Shown piece by piece: positions 26,583 to 39,450 of a stretch of DNA of 64,000 nt. Both the position numbers and the translations under genes were made by a program. Every line of letters starts with the position of its first letter. The first letter of the stretch is position 1. Location: assembly GCF_009914755.1 (NCBI RefSeq), contig NC_060927.1, one strand, 5' to 3'. The stretch is from the human T2T-CHM13v2.0 reference genome, Homo sapiens. The notes under the pieces were generated by a model. That model ran no database searches and was not told the DNA's origin. It was given only the letters and a program-made list of their open reading frames with translations.

Positions 26583-26680
26583 TGAGAAAGAACTTCACAG
26601 TGTGAAGAGCTGTACAAGGGAGAACTGGCTCACCAGGAGGTGGTGACCCATTGGATGATAAATGGGGGCACCTGTCAAGG
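26583..26680 (+). mobile_element. L3/CR1-like ancient LINE fragment
   Basis: aagaacttcacagtgtgaagagctgt...ggaggtggtga resembles the CR1/L3 3' region. Confidence 0.4.
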
Positions 26681-26919
26681 GCAAGAGGTCCCCTTCCTAC
26701 TCCCTGGCTAGAGAACTAGCCCACCCCGGGCTCCCAAATATCAGTATCTGTGAGTGCCAGACTGAGACTAGACCCTGGGAATGGCATAGCTCACCAGAGC
26801 CTTGGTGTTCAGCCTGTGGCTCTCTGCTCAGCCCCCTTTTTATAGAGAAAACGTATGAGTGGCCAGGAGTCCCTTTCTTCCCACATGGCCAGGATATATC
26901 TCCCTGTTGCATCAGACAG

Positions 26920-27272
26920 ACCTGATCCAAATCTCTGCTACTTCTTCTCTGATCTGGGAAAGTCATTTTGCTGCCCATCCTTGCCTCTTAAATGCAATAT
27001 TACAGCAGCCTCCTAACTGGATTTCCTGCCTCTAGGTCTCCTCATCATCACCCTGTCCATCTTTCCAAGTAACTAGCCGAAACATGACTCAGTCTAATCA
27101 CTCCTCTGGAAGCCTTCAGTGCCTCCTCACTGCCTACAAGAAACAGAAGGTGGGAGAACCTTCCTTTGTGATTTGACCCCCCGCTGCCTCTCCGAGTCTT
27201 GTTACACTTTGTACTGCCCACAGCTTCAAACACGGGGACTCAGAAAACATTTAAAGATGGAATGAATGAATA
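26920..27272 (+). mobile_element. L2 fragment
   Basis: cagcagcctcctaactgg...cctgcctct and tcactcctctg...ccttcagtgcctcctcactgcct; tail gaatgaatgaat. Confidence 0.75.
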
Positions 27273-28225
27273 TAAAAAGTAAAAAGCTGAGCAAAAATGC
27301 TCTAGTGTTTTTAATTTTGTAGTTACAGAGCTATCATGCTAATATCTACATAAGATTAATCATTGGTAGTGTTTTCACAGTTTCCCTGATACAAGCCTGT
27401 TATCCAAAGAATTGGGAAGCCTGCCTTACTTCATAAAGGGGGCAAGGTTTATAGAATATATAAAGGAAATTAAGAGTCAAATAACGTTTTGATCTTTGAT
27501 TTTGAATTTGTCTCAGATAATGCCTACAAAAAGGATCTCAAATGATTCATTCTTTTTTTAGCCAGCCAGTTCTCCAGTCAAGTTTTAAAAGACTTGGAAG
27601 AACATGTGATTTTTAAAATATCCTGGAGTTTTTTTCCAGGCCTGGGCAACTCGTGGGTCAATGCACAGCTATTTCTGTATGTAAGTAGGCTGGGAGAATA
27701 CTCTGTCAGTTCACAAAGGCCAGGGGCCTGACTGCCTGAGCTAGGCTTCCTTCCCCCCCTCCCTCCTTGTGCCACAGCTGGGCACTGCAGAAGTGCAGAC
27801 ATGTTCTCCAGACCTACTTGTGTTTGCATACCTATACCTGCTGCAAGGTGTTTTATTCTGAGTTGTGGTTTCTTTAGATTGTGAGAACCTTGGCTCCCAT
27901 GTCCAAGGTGTAACACACAGGTCTGAACAACATAGGCTTTGGGAACTGTACCATGGAGAAGTAGCTTTGGAATACACCATTTATAAAAGAGAAATAAACA
28001 AATTCCAGCTGATTTGAAAGCCTGATATTTTTCCAGGTTTTAGTCATGCTTATAGGAGAAGATACTCTCAAATCCAATGAAGAGGAGAGAAGAGTATGGA
28101 CTGGCACCCAGGGATTGAGTTCTCAGCTCAGCTCTGCAAATCGCCCATTGATTTTTCTGGGCCAGGCCTTTCCCCTGCAGAGGCGCAGTACCTTTCAAGT
28201 CAGGAGGGTTGGGTTAGTTAGTTCT

Positions 28226-28649
28226 TGTGCCGGATGTTTTCTGTTTGCCCTCCACATCTACTCTCTGTCCTACCCTGTGCCCTGGAAGCCGACCAGTGGG
28301 GACTCTATGAATGGGCTTCTTTGCTTCCTGGCCCCTATTGTGTGCTTTGCCCAGTGGGGAGCACTAACAGGAGATCGGAGGAAGTATTGATTTCTCCTGG
28401 CTCCACCCTGTGGCATCACCAAAGGTCTGGGCTCCTGGCAGGCAGCCTTCTCCACAGGGCGCTCTGTCTCAGGGGTCCAGCAGCCTCTCCTTCCTCACCC
28501 TTTTGGGCCTAGGCATGTAAATGTGCGACTGTTACTGGTCCCAGACCACTGCACTTCGGTCCGTTCTATAAATGCTTCCCTTATTAAAGTCTCCTCAGAT
28601 TACTCATTTTGAGAGTGCCATCTGTTTCCTGCCAGAACCCTGCTGGATA
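28226..28649 (+). mobile_element. LTR33-like ERVL solo LTR inserted in a MIR3/MIRc-like element
   Basis: Starts tgtgccggatgttttctgtttgccctcca; ends ttattaaagtctcctcagattac...gagtgccatctgtttcctgccagaaccctg. Confidence 0.75.
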
Positions 28650-28944
28650 AAGTTCCTAAGATCTTTTCCAGCTCTGAAAAAAGATGACCACAAGCAGGGA
28701 GGAGCCAGCCCTTTGGAGCTCCTGTTTTTCACTGGTGCCTCCCTGAATGGTTCCCCAAGGTCATGGGAAGGAGGAACTGGTAGCAGTATGATCTCCAGGG
28801 CACAGAGTCCCTTAGGACAAGAGCCACTGATGCCCTGGTAGACACAGACTGTTAGGAACCTGATTCCCAAAGAGTGTAAAGTGTGCTGCTGTGCTGCCCA
28901 CTCTAGTAGTGGGGAGAGGGTAAGGGACAATCCCACCAACTGAG

Positions 28945-29125
28945 GCTGGACTGTCACTGCCACTCCTTTCTGCCTTTGTGACTAAGAAAGTCACTTCGCC
29001 CTCTGAGCCTTTCCTTCCCTCCTAAACCAAAGCTGAGAATACCCACTCTGGCCCACACACAGTGGTTATGAGGTACAAACGAAGGCGTCTGTGTTCAAAC
29101 TGCTTTGTTGAATGTAAAATGCAGG
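28945..29125 (+). mobile_element. MIR (MIRc-like)
   Basis: tgtgactaagaaagtcacttcgccctctgagcct...gtggttatgagg...tgctttgt. Confidence 0.55.
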
Positions 29126-30559
29126 ACTAAAGAGAGTTACAGTCATAAACAGCTTTTATTGTGGTAGGGGTCACAGCTAGGGCACAGAGCCCAGTAGGGA
29201 CATTACCCCTGCTCCTGTCCCTGCCAAAAACCCCCACTTCCTTTTGTTCTTTCCTGGTATGTGCACTTGCTGAGACATATATGGCTCTTCGAGTGTCAAT
29301 TTTAGGATCAAAGCATGACCTAAGTGATACCAAATTACAAAATCATGCCATCAAACTGCAGCAGCCGCCTTCTGACATCTCTGGAATTTAGATTCTGACC
29401 TTGAGGGTCTTAGGTGGCCATTTATGGCCTTCTAAAAGCAGCTGCTTCAAAATAGGTCTAAGGGAGGAGAATGAAGGAAATTAAGGGCATTTTTAAACCT
29501 ATACATTCTTAATTATTAAAGTTATCACAGAGACTTCTTGAAATACATGAAAAATACATTCTTGAAAACTACAAATGTCAAGTGCAATTTTCTCTCTAAG
29601 GAAAAAATTAAGAGACTTAAAGAACTTGAGTCTTGTTCATTTGACACTGTTGATATTGTTCACCCATATGCATATAGAGCACATGTGCAGGATGAGTGGA
29701 GGAGGTGAAGGAGAAAGGATGAAAGAGTGACAGGCTGGGAGAGGACAGAGCATTAAATGCCCTGGGTGGGGGTGTACCACAGTGTATTTATCACACAGCA
29801 GTTAGGAACTGTACGTGTATCAGTGTGGGGGAATGTTAAGAACGTAGCGCTTAGTGGAAAAAATAAGAATGAGATGCACAGACTAATATTTCTATAAGTT
29901 AAAAATAAGTGCTCAGAAAAGTACAATGCACATTTTTCTAGCACTCCTGTAAACACAAAGATATACTTTAAGCATGTTAGAAAGTTTGCCTGTGGGTTGA
30001 GGGGAGTGGAGGTGGGCTGTGAGGATAAAGGGAAATAAAAAAGCATGTATACATACAGCGCATTTGCCTAGATACGGCTAGTGGTGTGCCAGGAACTATC
30101 ACACATGGTAAATGCGACCCTATGCTCCTGAGATGCAAAACAAACAGAAAGTCTGCAGGGTTTTGTTTTTAAGAAGTCTGAAAGCTTCTACAGTTCAGTT
30201 TGCATGGGCTTCCCCATAACCCTCAGTGTAGCAGCTAAACCACAAGTGGTTAATGGAACAAAAGTACCCTTTGTAGGGTCAGAACAGAAACACAGCACAA
30301 ACGCTGCCTAGAAACCACATGAAAGAAGGGATGCTGTGAGCCGCCCTTCAGGCTCACTTTTGGAAACTCACCACCTGGTAGCCCCCGCCAAGTGGGCGAA
30401 TGTCCATCACAGCAGGCAAGAGTATTCCAAATGTGTTTCTGTTTTTAAAAAATCTCCTAATAGAAAGTGGAAGGTATGGCAAATGCATGTTAAGCCTGTA
30501 AGAAGAGACTGCATACAGTATTTTGATTGATATACCCTCTATAACATTTTAATATCTTT

Positions 30560-31200
30560 ATCTCAATTATTCTTTCCTAATGTTGCAGTTAACTGTATTT
30601 TTTCATTTTGCTACGTAGACTCTGTCATCATTATTTTTAATGGCTGGGTAATATTTTATTGACTAAATGTACCAACATTTATTAGCCATTCCCTCTTTGT
30701 ATGACATTTAGGCTGCTTTCTGCTTATGCCACTTATAAGCAGTGCAGAGAGGAAGGTATCTATGCTGCATGTATAGCTTCTTCATATTTTAAATTAATCC
30801 CTGACGATAGACAGGAAATTGAATTACTGGGTAAAGGAGTGTACAAACACATCTATGACTCTTGGTGCAAATTACTAAATTGCTTTCCAGAAGGATAGTA
30901 ACAATTTACACTTCCACTAGCAGTGTGTTCTTGGACCGGCATTGTGTTCTATAAGTTCTTAATTGCCAATTTAAGAGCCAGTGTACATTGTTTTTATTTT
31001 TGCATTTCTTTGATTAATAGTGAGGTTGAAAATTGTCCAAGTTTGTTAGAGATTGGTATTTCTGTTCATATTGCTGTTGGAGTGGTCTTGGGTTATTCTT
31101 TTCCGTATATATGTAGCCTTTACTCAATATCGATATTTAGTCTTTGTCGTAATTACTACAACTATTTTGTTTTCCCTTTTAGAATTCGAAATTTTACATA
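30560..31200 (-). mobile_element. L1ME 3' region
   Basis: tttttaatggctg, gacatttaggctgctttc, ggaaattgaattactggg and aatttacacttccactagcagtg. Confidence 0.7.
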
Positions 31201-31314
31201 AAGTGTTTTTCTTTAAATAAACCGATACCAATTAATTGGTCTTTCTCTTTATTTTGTTGGGCTAAATAAAAATGAAGATACCCTTTTGGCTAAATTCAAG
31301 AAAGAAATTTCACA

Positions 31315-31528
31315 GCATGGCATGATGAAAAATGCATCAAATTGAAGGCTTTGAAGGTAGACAAAGCCAGGTTCCAGTCCCTGCCCCTGTGGTGTCCTGG
31401 CTGAGCAAATCACTGAAGCTCTCCAAGCCTTGCCGAATTCATTTCTGCCATGGAAATGATACCCAACTTCATTTGTGGGACTGGGATCATGAACAAACAC
31501 TGGCATAGCAGATGCCCAATAAACCTGG
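31315..31528 (+). mobile_element. MIR
   Basis: ggctttgaaggtagaca...gagcaaatcactgaagctctc...tggcatagcagatgcccaataaa. Confidence 0.6.
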
Positions 31529-32109
31529 GTGCTCTTCCCAGATCCTAGGGCTGAGCAGGTCTTTCAGGGTGGCCAAGTGGCTATTTCAGAGAAGTGGGCT
31601 TCAGGGCTCACCCCAGACTGCCTGTGGCCTGCCCCGCACTGCCCTGGAGCTGGTCATTTCCTTCCAGGCAGGAGGCCCAGGGACATGGCAGTGACTGTGC
31701 TTCTTGTTAGTAGCTCTGAACAGTGGAGCTGTTGTTCTGGCATATCTGGTAACCAACTTCCTGTTTTTCCCAGTGTGGTGATGTTCCTTTAGTCAACAGC
31801 AGGAGGGAAAGAAATAGTCCTGGATGGGTAACCTCGGTTTTCTAATCCTTTTGCTGGAAGAAATTCTGGCCCTTTCCACCATGGACTCTGTGATCACGAG
31901 GCTGTGTGACCTTGAGCTCTGGGCCATAAGGCCAAGTCCCACATTTGGGGAGGGAATGAGGAGACAGCGAGTCACTATTGCTTGTAATTCAGGATTGTGG
32001 TGCCCATGAACTAATGCTAATGTAAAGGTGTGTTGATTAAACATTAAACTTTTATTTCCCACAAAGTGAATGGTATCACACATTCCTGTTCTCACATTCT
32101 AGGAAGAAT

Positions 32110-32683
<574 letters not shown>

Positions 32684-33923
32684 AGTCTGAATATTTTACT
32701 TGCTAAACTCCAGTTGAATTCATGGTAAAGGTAATTTGGTAAAATTTCTCAGTTCATTAGAAGTAGACAGTATTTATGAATAATCTGCATGGAGTGTATA
32801 TTTAAATATATTTCTTAAAAGTTAGCTATAAAATATTATAAAATCAAGCTTTTCTTTTTATCTGCTTTGATTCTAAAATTCAGGGCTGTATTCTCATGAA
32901 AAAAGTTTGCTTCCCACTGAAATAAATGCCTCTTTGTCCCAGGGAAACACATAGAGTCTGAATTACTCCATTCTACAGGGTGGGTGCCATGGGGTGATGG
33001 AGAGAGGTGTGAGCTCACCACATGTGAATGTGGTCCCTGCTGTCTGGGGGAGGTAAGACCCTGGGTTACAGCCCTTCCCAAGCTCTAGTGGTTCCAAGGT
33101 TGAGGCTTCTGCTTCCCCTGCTGTGGGAAGGCAGGCGTCTGCCCCTGGTTTATGACTGTAAATGGATTTGCTGGAGGATGTTGTCCTGTATTTCAGGGGT
33201 GCTAACAGAAAGGCAGACCTTACAAAAAACAAACAAAAAGAAATGCAGACCGTAGAGTGTGCACACGCGGTCATTTAAGTCACTTAATGCCCTTGCTTCC
33301 TTCAAAACAGTTCTCATAAAAGATTGACTTGGTTTATTGCTGTACTCAGGAAATCAAAGCAGAGGGCAAGCCCCAGATGGGATTACAGTGGCTGCTGCAT
33401 TAGCTTTTCCACAGAGTGGTGGTTTGTCAAGGTGACCGAGCTCTAAGTTAAGAGGATAGTACTCTTCAGGTTTTACAAACTAGAGAAGCTCACACCTTTA
33501 AGTAACAATTTTCATTGCCTTTGGAACTTCAGAACTGAGTCAAGGCTGCAGAGTGGTGACTTCCCTTTTGTTACTCTGCGAAAACTGGGAGAAAATTAAG
33601 AGCAGGGCCTGCAAGATGTGGGAGCTCAGAGCCTTGAGGGAAGCAGAGCCGTGGAGCTTACACAGAGAAGGCTGAGGGGTGAGGGAATAATGAAGCCTTC
33701 TTTATCTGAATTAGCTATAGAGTAGCTATTTCTAATTCCACTGAACCCCCAACAAGAACCTTTGGCAAATAACAGGGATTTTTGTTGGAGAAAAATGTTT
33801 GTCTGGTTGAACGTTTTAGTGGGTTTCCATTTCAGATTCTCTTTCTGAGAAGGGCAAGAAGACGAGTGGCAGAAGAATCAGAAAGTTGTCTACACACCTG
33901 GGTGGCAGGTGTAACCCTCGCTA

Positions 33924-34229
<306 letters not shown>

Positions 34230-35017
34230 TCATTAGGAAAACCTCTTCAGTTAACTACAGTTCTGCATATTCATCTGTGACTCTAAAAGCATCCTGATTT
34301 ATGTTGTCTTTGGAGGGAGTGAGGGGACCAAACCTCCTTTCACAGCCCCGCAAGTGGGGTCCACCCAGGAGTGAGTAAGAGTGGCATGGCTTCCCCCTAG
34401 TGGAGGGGAGGCCGGTTCTTTCCTGCACTCAGCCCCGGCCACTCCTACCTTCCAGGCATGTGTTTACAGGCCAGAAATGTTAAGGTCTGAAGTAACAGGA
34501 TTTGTAGTACCCAGCCTCTTGCTGCTTTTGAAATCTTTTCTTTATAGGCCATTTTGAATTAAGGAATCTCTGGGTGAGGGAGAGGCTTAGTAAACAAACT
34601 AGGTGTTAGGCAGGCTGCAAGCCACCCAGGCACAAGATGACCACACGAGGCTGAGGCACCCCTGTGTATTCAGGATGGGAAAGAAGGGAAGTGATGCTAG
34701 CCGAGGCCAGCTGTGTGTTGGCGGGTATGCGGTACTGGGGACGTGGGAGTGAGTTCTGTCTTCAGTAATAACAAGGGCAAAAATGCACTGGAATCCAGTT
34801 ATTTTGAAGGGAACTTGGCACTATAAACAAGCGGACCTTGACTCTTAAGGATTTTGTGAGAGCCTGGCAAGTTAGTAACTTGCCTATTCCATTAATATTT
34901 ATTGAGCATCAGCCACACATTAAGCACTATGTGTTAAACCCTCACAAGTCTAGTTTGCTGTTTCTGTCATCCTGTCTTCTCATCATCATAGCCCAACAAA
35001 GCTCTAGTATATTGCCA

Positions 35018-35551
<534 letters not shown>

Positions 35552-35999
35552 CTAAATGAGCAAACAGAGCAAGACTCTGGCCATGACCTCTATATTCAGG
35601 CTGGCTGGAATATTTTGGACTAAAATCAGTAGGTAGCAAGACACAGTGCCTAAATCCCTGCCTTTTTAACCTGGAAAACAGAGGGGGAATGTTGTTTGAT
35701 TTCCTTAGAAGATTGTCTTGCTTTTGAGTAGAAATGAGAATTGGGGAGACCTGCAGTCTGGAAGGATTTATTAATCTGTTTATTCTCATTTCAAATCAGA
35801 ATTTGGGTGACGTAGTCTATCTGCCTCATGTTATAGATGAAGAAATTGAGGTCCAAAAAGGGGAAGAACTTCTCTGGGATTACACAGAGAGTGAGGATAT
35901 TGCTCCAGGAACCTACCAACGTTGGTTTCCGTCTGGTGAACATATATGTGCCTGAGTTTCTGGGCTTTCTATTCCATTAGACTGCTCTTTTGCCAAAAT

Positions 36000-37032
36000 G
36001 ACACTTTCTTAATTACTGTTGCTGTATAATAAGTTTCAGTATCCGGTGGGACAAGTCTATTATTGGTCTTTTGCATTTCCATGTAGATTTTAAAATCAGT
36101 TTATCTGTTTCCAGTTCCTACAAAATGAATAAACAAAAACTGCTATGGTTTTCATTGAGATTGTGTGGAATCTGTAGGCGAGTTTGGCAGAATTGACGTC
36201 TTCACAGTATAGAATCTTTAAAACCATGAACATAGTATATCCCTCCATTTATTTATGGGCTTTAAAAATTTCTCCAAATAACATTTTAGAATTTTCTGTG
36301 TAGAGGTCTTGTTACATATTTTTATTTACTCCTATTTATTTTATATTTTGGTTTTATTGTAAATTGCAACTGAAAATTTTTCCTTTTCCAAATGTTTATT
36401 ATATTTTCAAGCTATATATCTCCCAACTGTTTAGTTTAGGAATTTATCTGCAGATTGTTTTGGATTTTCTACACATACCATTAAAATTCTGTGAATTATT
36501 CTCCTTTTCCCTATATATTTTTTCCCTGTTTGATGTTAAATAGAGGTAGTGATGCAGGCATTCTTGTCTTATCCTTGATCTCAGCAGGAAGCCTTCAGTA
36601 TTTCACCATCAAGTATTATATGTGCTGTAATTATTTGTAAATACCATATCAGATTTAGGAAGGTCCTATCTAGTCTTAGTTTGCAAGGAGTTTTATTATA
36701 AATGGATGTTGAATGTTATCAAATTATTTTTCTGAATCTATGGATATGATCATTTGATTCACCCCTTTATTCTGTTAATATGATGACTTGCATTCCTGCA
36801 ATAAAATTAATTTGCTAGTGACATATTATCATTTTCATATACTTTTCTGGATTTAGTTCCCTCATATTTTATTCGAGGCTTTGCTCCTAAGAAGGATTTT
36901 TTACTATAATTTCACTTTTTGATAATGTCCTTGTCAGATTTTTGTGTCATGGTTTGGTTAGACTTGCAAAATGAGTTGGGAAGTGTTTTTTGTTGTTGTT
37001 GTTTTCTGGAAGAGTTTATATAAGATATATAT

Positions 37033-37070
<38 letters not shown>

Positions 37071-38465
37071 GAAAGGGTCTCACTCTGTTGCTTAGGCTGG
37101 ATTGCAGTGGTGTGATCAAGGCTCACTGCAGCCTCAACCTCCTCCTGCCCTCCAGCAGTCCTCCTGCCTTGGCCTTCCAAAGTGCTGTGATTACAGGCAT
37201 GAGCTGCCATGCCCAGCCAGTGTTATTTTCTTTCCCAAGAGTTTGTTTAACATTGTTATTTGTTCTTTAAAAGTTTTGACATTTTCTCATGGTATTTTGA
37301 TGATATTCTAGTGTCTTCTGGCTTTTAGTATATTCATTAAATGAATTGTTGGTCTAATTGATACTCCATTGATCTGTTTTTCCTCCCCTCTGGCTGCTTT
37401 TAAGATTTTCTCTTTGTCTTTGGTGCTGAGCAGTTTACTATGATTTGCTTAGGTATAGTTTTATTTTTATTTATCTATTTGGGGTTTATCCATTTAAGAT
37501 CTTGAATCTGTGTTTGATGTCTTCAGTTTTAAAAAATTCTTGGCTGTGTCTTCTACTCAATTCTCTCCTCTCCTGTGACTCTAATTATATATCTATTAGT
37601 CCTGCTCACTACTCCTTTATCTTTTACCCTCTCATCTTTATTTTCTGTCCTTGTGTCTTTCTGAGTTTCAAACTAGATATTTGCTTTTGACCTATCATTT
37701 AGTTCATTAATTTTTCTTCAAGCTATAAAGTGCTATTAAACCCCCATATTGAATTCTTAATTTTAGTTATTTTGTTTTTAAAATCTAGAATTACTGGGTT
37801 TTGTTTTGTTTCTAGTTCTCTGAGAAACTTCAATTTTATCTTTTACCTCTTTGGACTCTTTAAGCATAGTTTTTTTATTTAAAAATCCCATATCTAATAA
37901 CACCTTTATTTGTAGCCTTTGTGAACTGTTTCTATTGCCTGTTGTTTTACTTGGAATATAATACATTCATCTTGTCTTATATCCTCATATACCTAGTTAT
38001 TTTTTATTAAGTGTCAGACATAATAGGTGAAAACTTCTAGAAATAATCTGAGGCCTTTGATGATGTTATCTTTCCTTAGGGAGAATTTATACTTGTCTCT
38101 GGCAGGCATCTGGGGCACTATGAATCTGGTATGACTGTGATTTCATTTTCAGAGATTGAGATGGCCTCTGAGAACGAGTCCACTTCTTGTGGTTTACCTT
38201 TAGGCTTGGGTATAGCCCTTGGAGAATGGAACTCCAATTTCAGCCCACCTCACTCACAAGCTGTCCAAAGTGCTGCTCAGCTTCTCAGACTCTTTCAGAA
38301 GTGGCAGGTATCCCAACAGGAAGAGTGTCCCTAAATCCCAGGCGGACCTCTCTGGATTTCTCTCTTCACCAGAATCTTGGCCCCATTATTCCTCACTACC
38401 TGCTAATTCTCCATAACTTGAAGCAGAATTTTTAAAGTATTTTTCTAGCTTTAGAGTTAGTCTGA
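36000..38465 (-). mobile_element. Old L1M (ORF2 pieces, then ORF1/5' region), interrupted by an Alu monomer
   Basis: agaattgacgtcttcacagtat, ggcattcttgtcttatccttgatctca and ctctggctgcttttaagattttctctttgtctttgg. Confidence 0.75.
37037..37218 (-). mobile_element. Monomer-length AluJ-type element with 31-T tail
   Basis: On the minus strand, left-arm start (gcctgtaatcacagcactttgg) joins directly to right-arm end (gaggctgcagtgagc...agagtgagaccct). Confidence 0.85.
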
Positions 38466-38520
38466 GCTAACATTATTTCAGGTGTTTTTTTTACTGTGGT
38501 GCTTTTATTCTCATGGTACT

Positions 38521-38945
38521 TGTTGACTGAATCTTGTCCTCCAAAAAGATATGTTGAAGTCCTAGCCCCTAGTACTTCAAAATGTTACCTTATTTGGAAA
38601 TAGGTCGTTGCAAATGTAAGTAGTTAAGGTAAGGTCGTACTGGAGGAGGGTGGACCCTTAATCCAGTATGACTGCTGCCCTTATAAGAAGAGAAGAAAAG
38701 AGACACAGACACACATAGGGAGAAGATGATAGAGGCAGAGATTAGAGTGATGCATCTACAAGCTAAGCAACACCAAGGATTGCTGGCAAACACTAGAGAC
38801 CGGGAGAGGCAAGGAAGAGGCATGGCCCTCCTGACAGCTTGATTTCACACTTCCAGCCTTCAGAATTGAGAGACAATAAATTTCTGTTGTTTTAAGCTAT
38901 CCTGCTTGTGGTACTTTGATATAGCAGCCCTAGAAAACTAATACA
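38521..38945 (+). mobile_element. MLT1B-like MaLR solo LTR
   Basis: tgttgactgaat...ttatttggaaatagg...aataaatttctgttgttttaagc...gcagccctagaaaactaataca; 5-bp TSD gtact / gtgct. Confidence 0.9.
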
Positions 38946-39289
38946 GTGCTTTATAATGTACAGAGTACTTTCCCATAATCCCCTTGTTTGTTCTGCACAA
39001 CCCTCCTGGCAGGGAAGCAGGAGGACAGGTGATGCTATATGGGATCAGAGAAACTGAGGCCTAGAGAGGAGGCATCAACAATCTGGGTGCCATGAGTCAC
39101 TGGCAGTTTGGGTAGTACCTGGGTGTCCTGCTGCTTTCTGCTCCACTGACATGCTGCAGGTTTTCTCCAGCTTCTTCACATCTTTCTAGTGTCGTAGGTA
39201 TAAGGAAATTCCAAGTGACCCTGTACTGATGCCTGTTGCTTTATAGGTGAAAAGGACAGAATATTTTATTGAATGGGCAGTACACATAT

Positions 39290-39450
39290 TCGTCTGTTCA
39301 TTCATTTGTTCAGCAGACACTTAACTGAGCACTGACGTCCTACACCTGGGTAAGGGTGGGAGCACAGTACGGACAGAGACAAACACAAGAGGGACAAAGC
39401 AAGGACTCAGTCCCCTCCCTCAGTAGCTCACAGTCCAGTGGTAGAGAGGA
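39290..39450 (-). mobile_element. L2 3' end
   Basis: ttcattcatttgttcagcagacacttaactgagcac...agctcacagtccagtgg. Confidence 0.65.
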
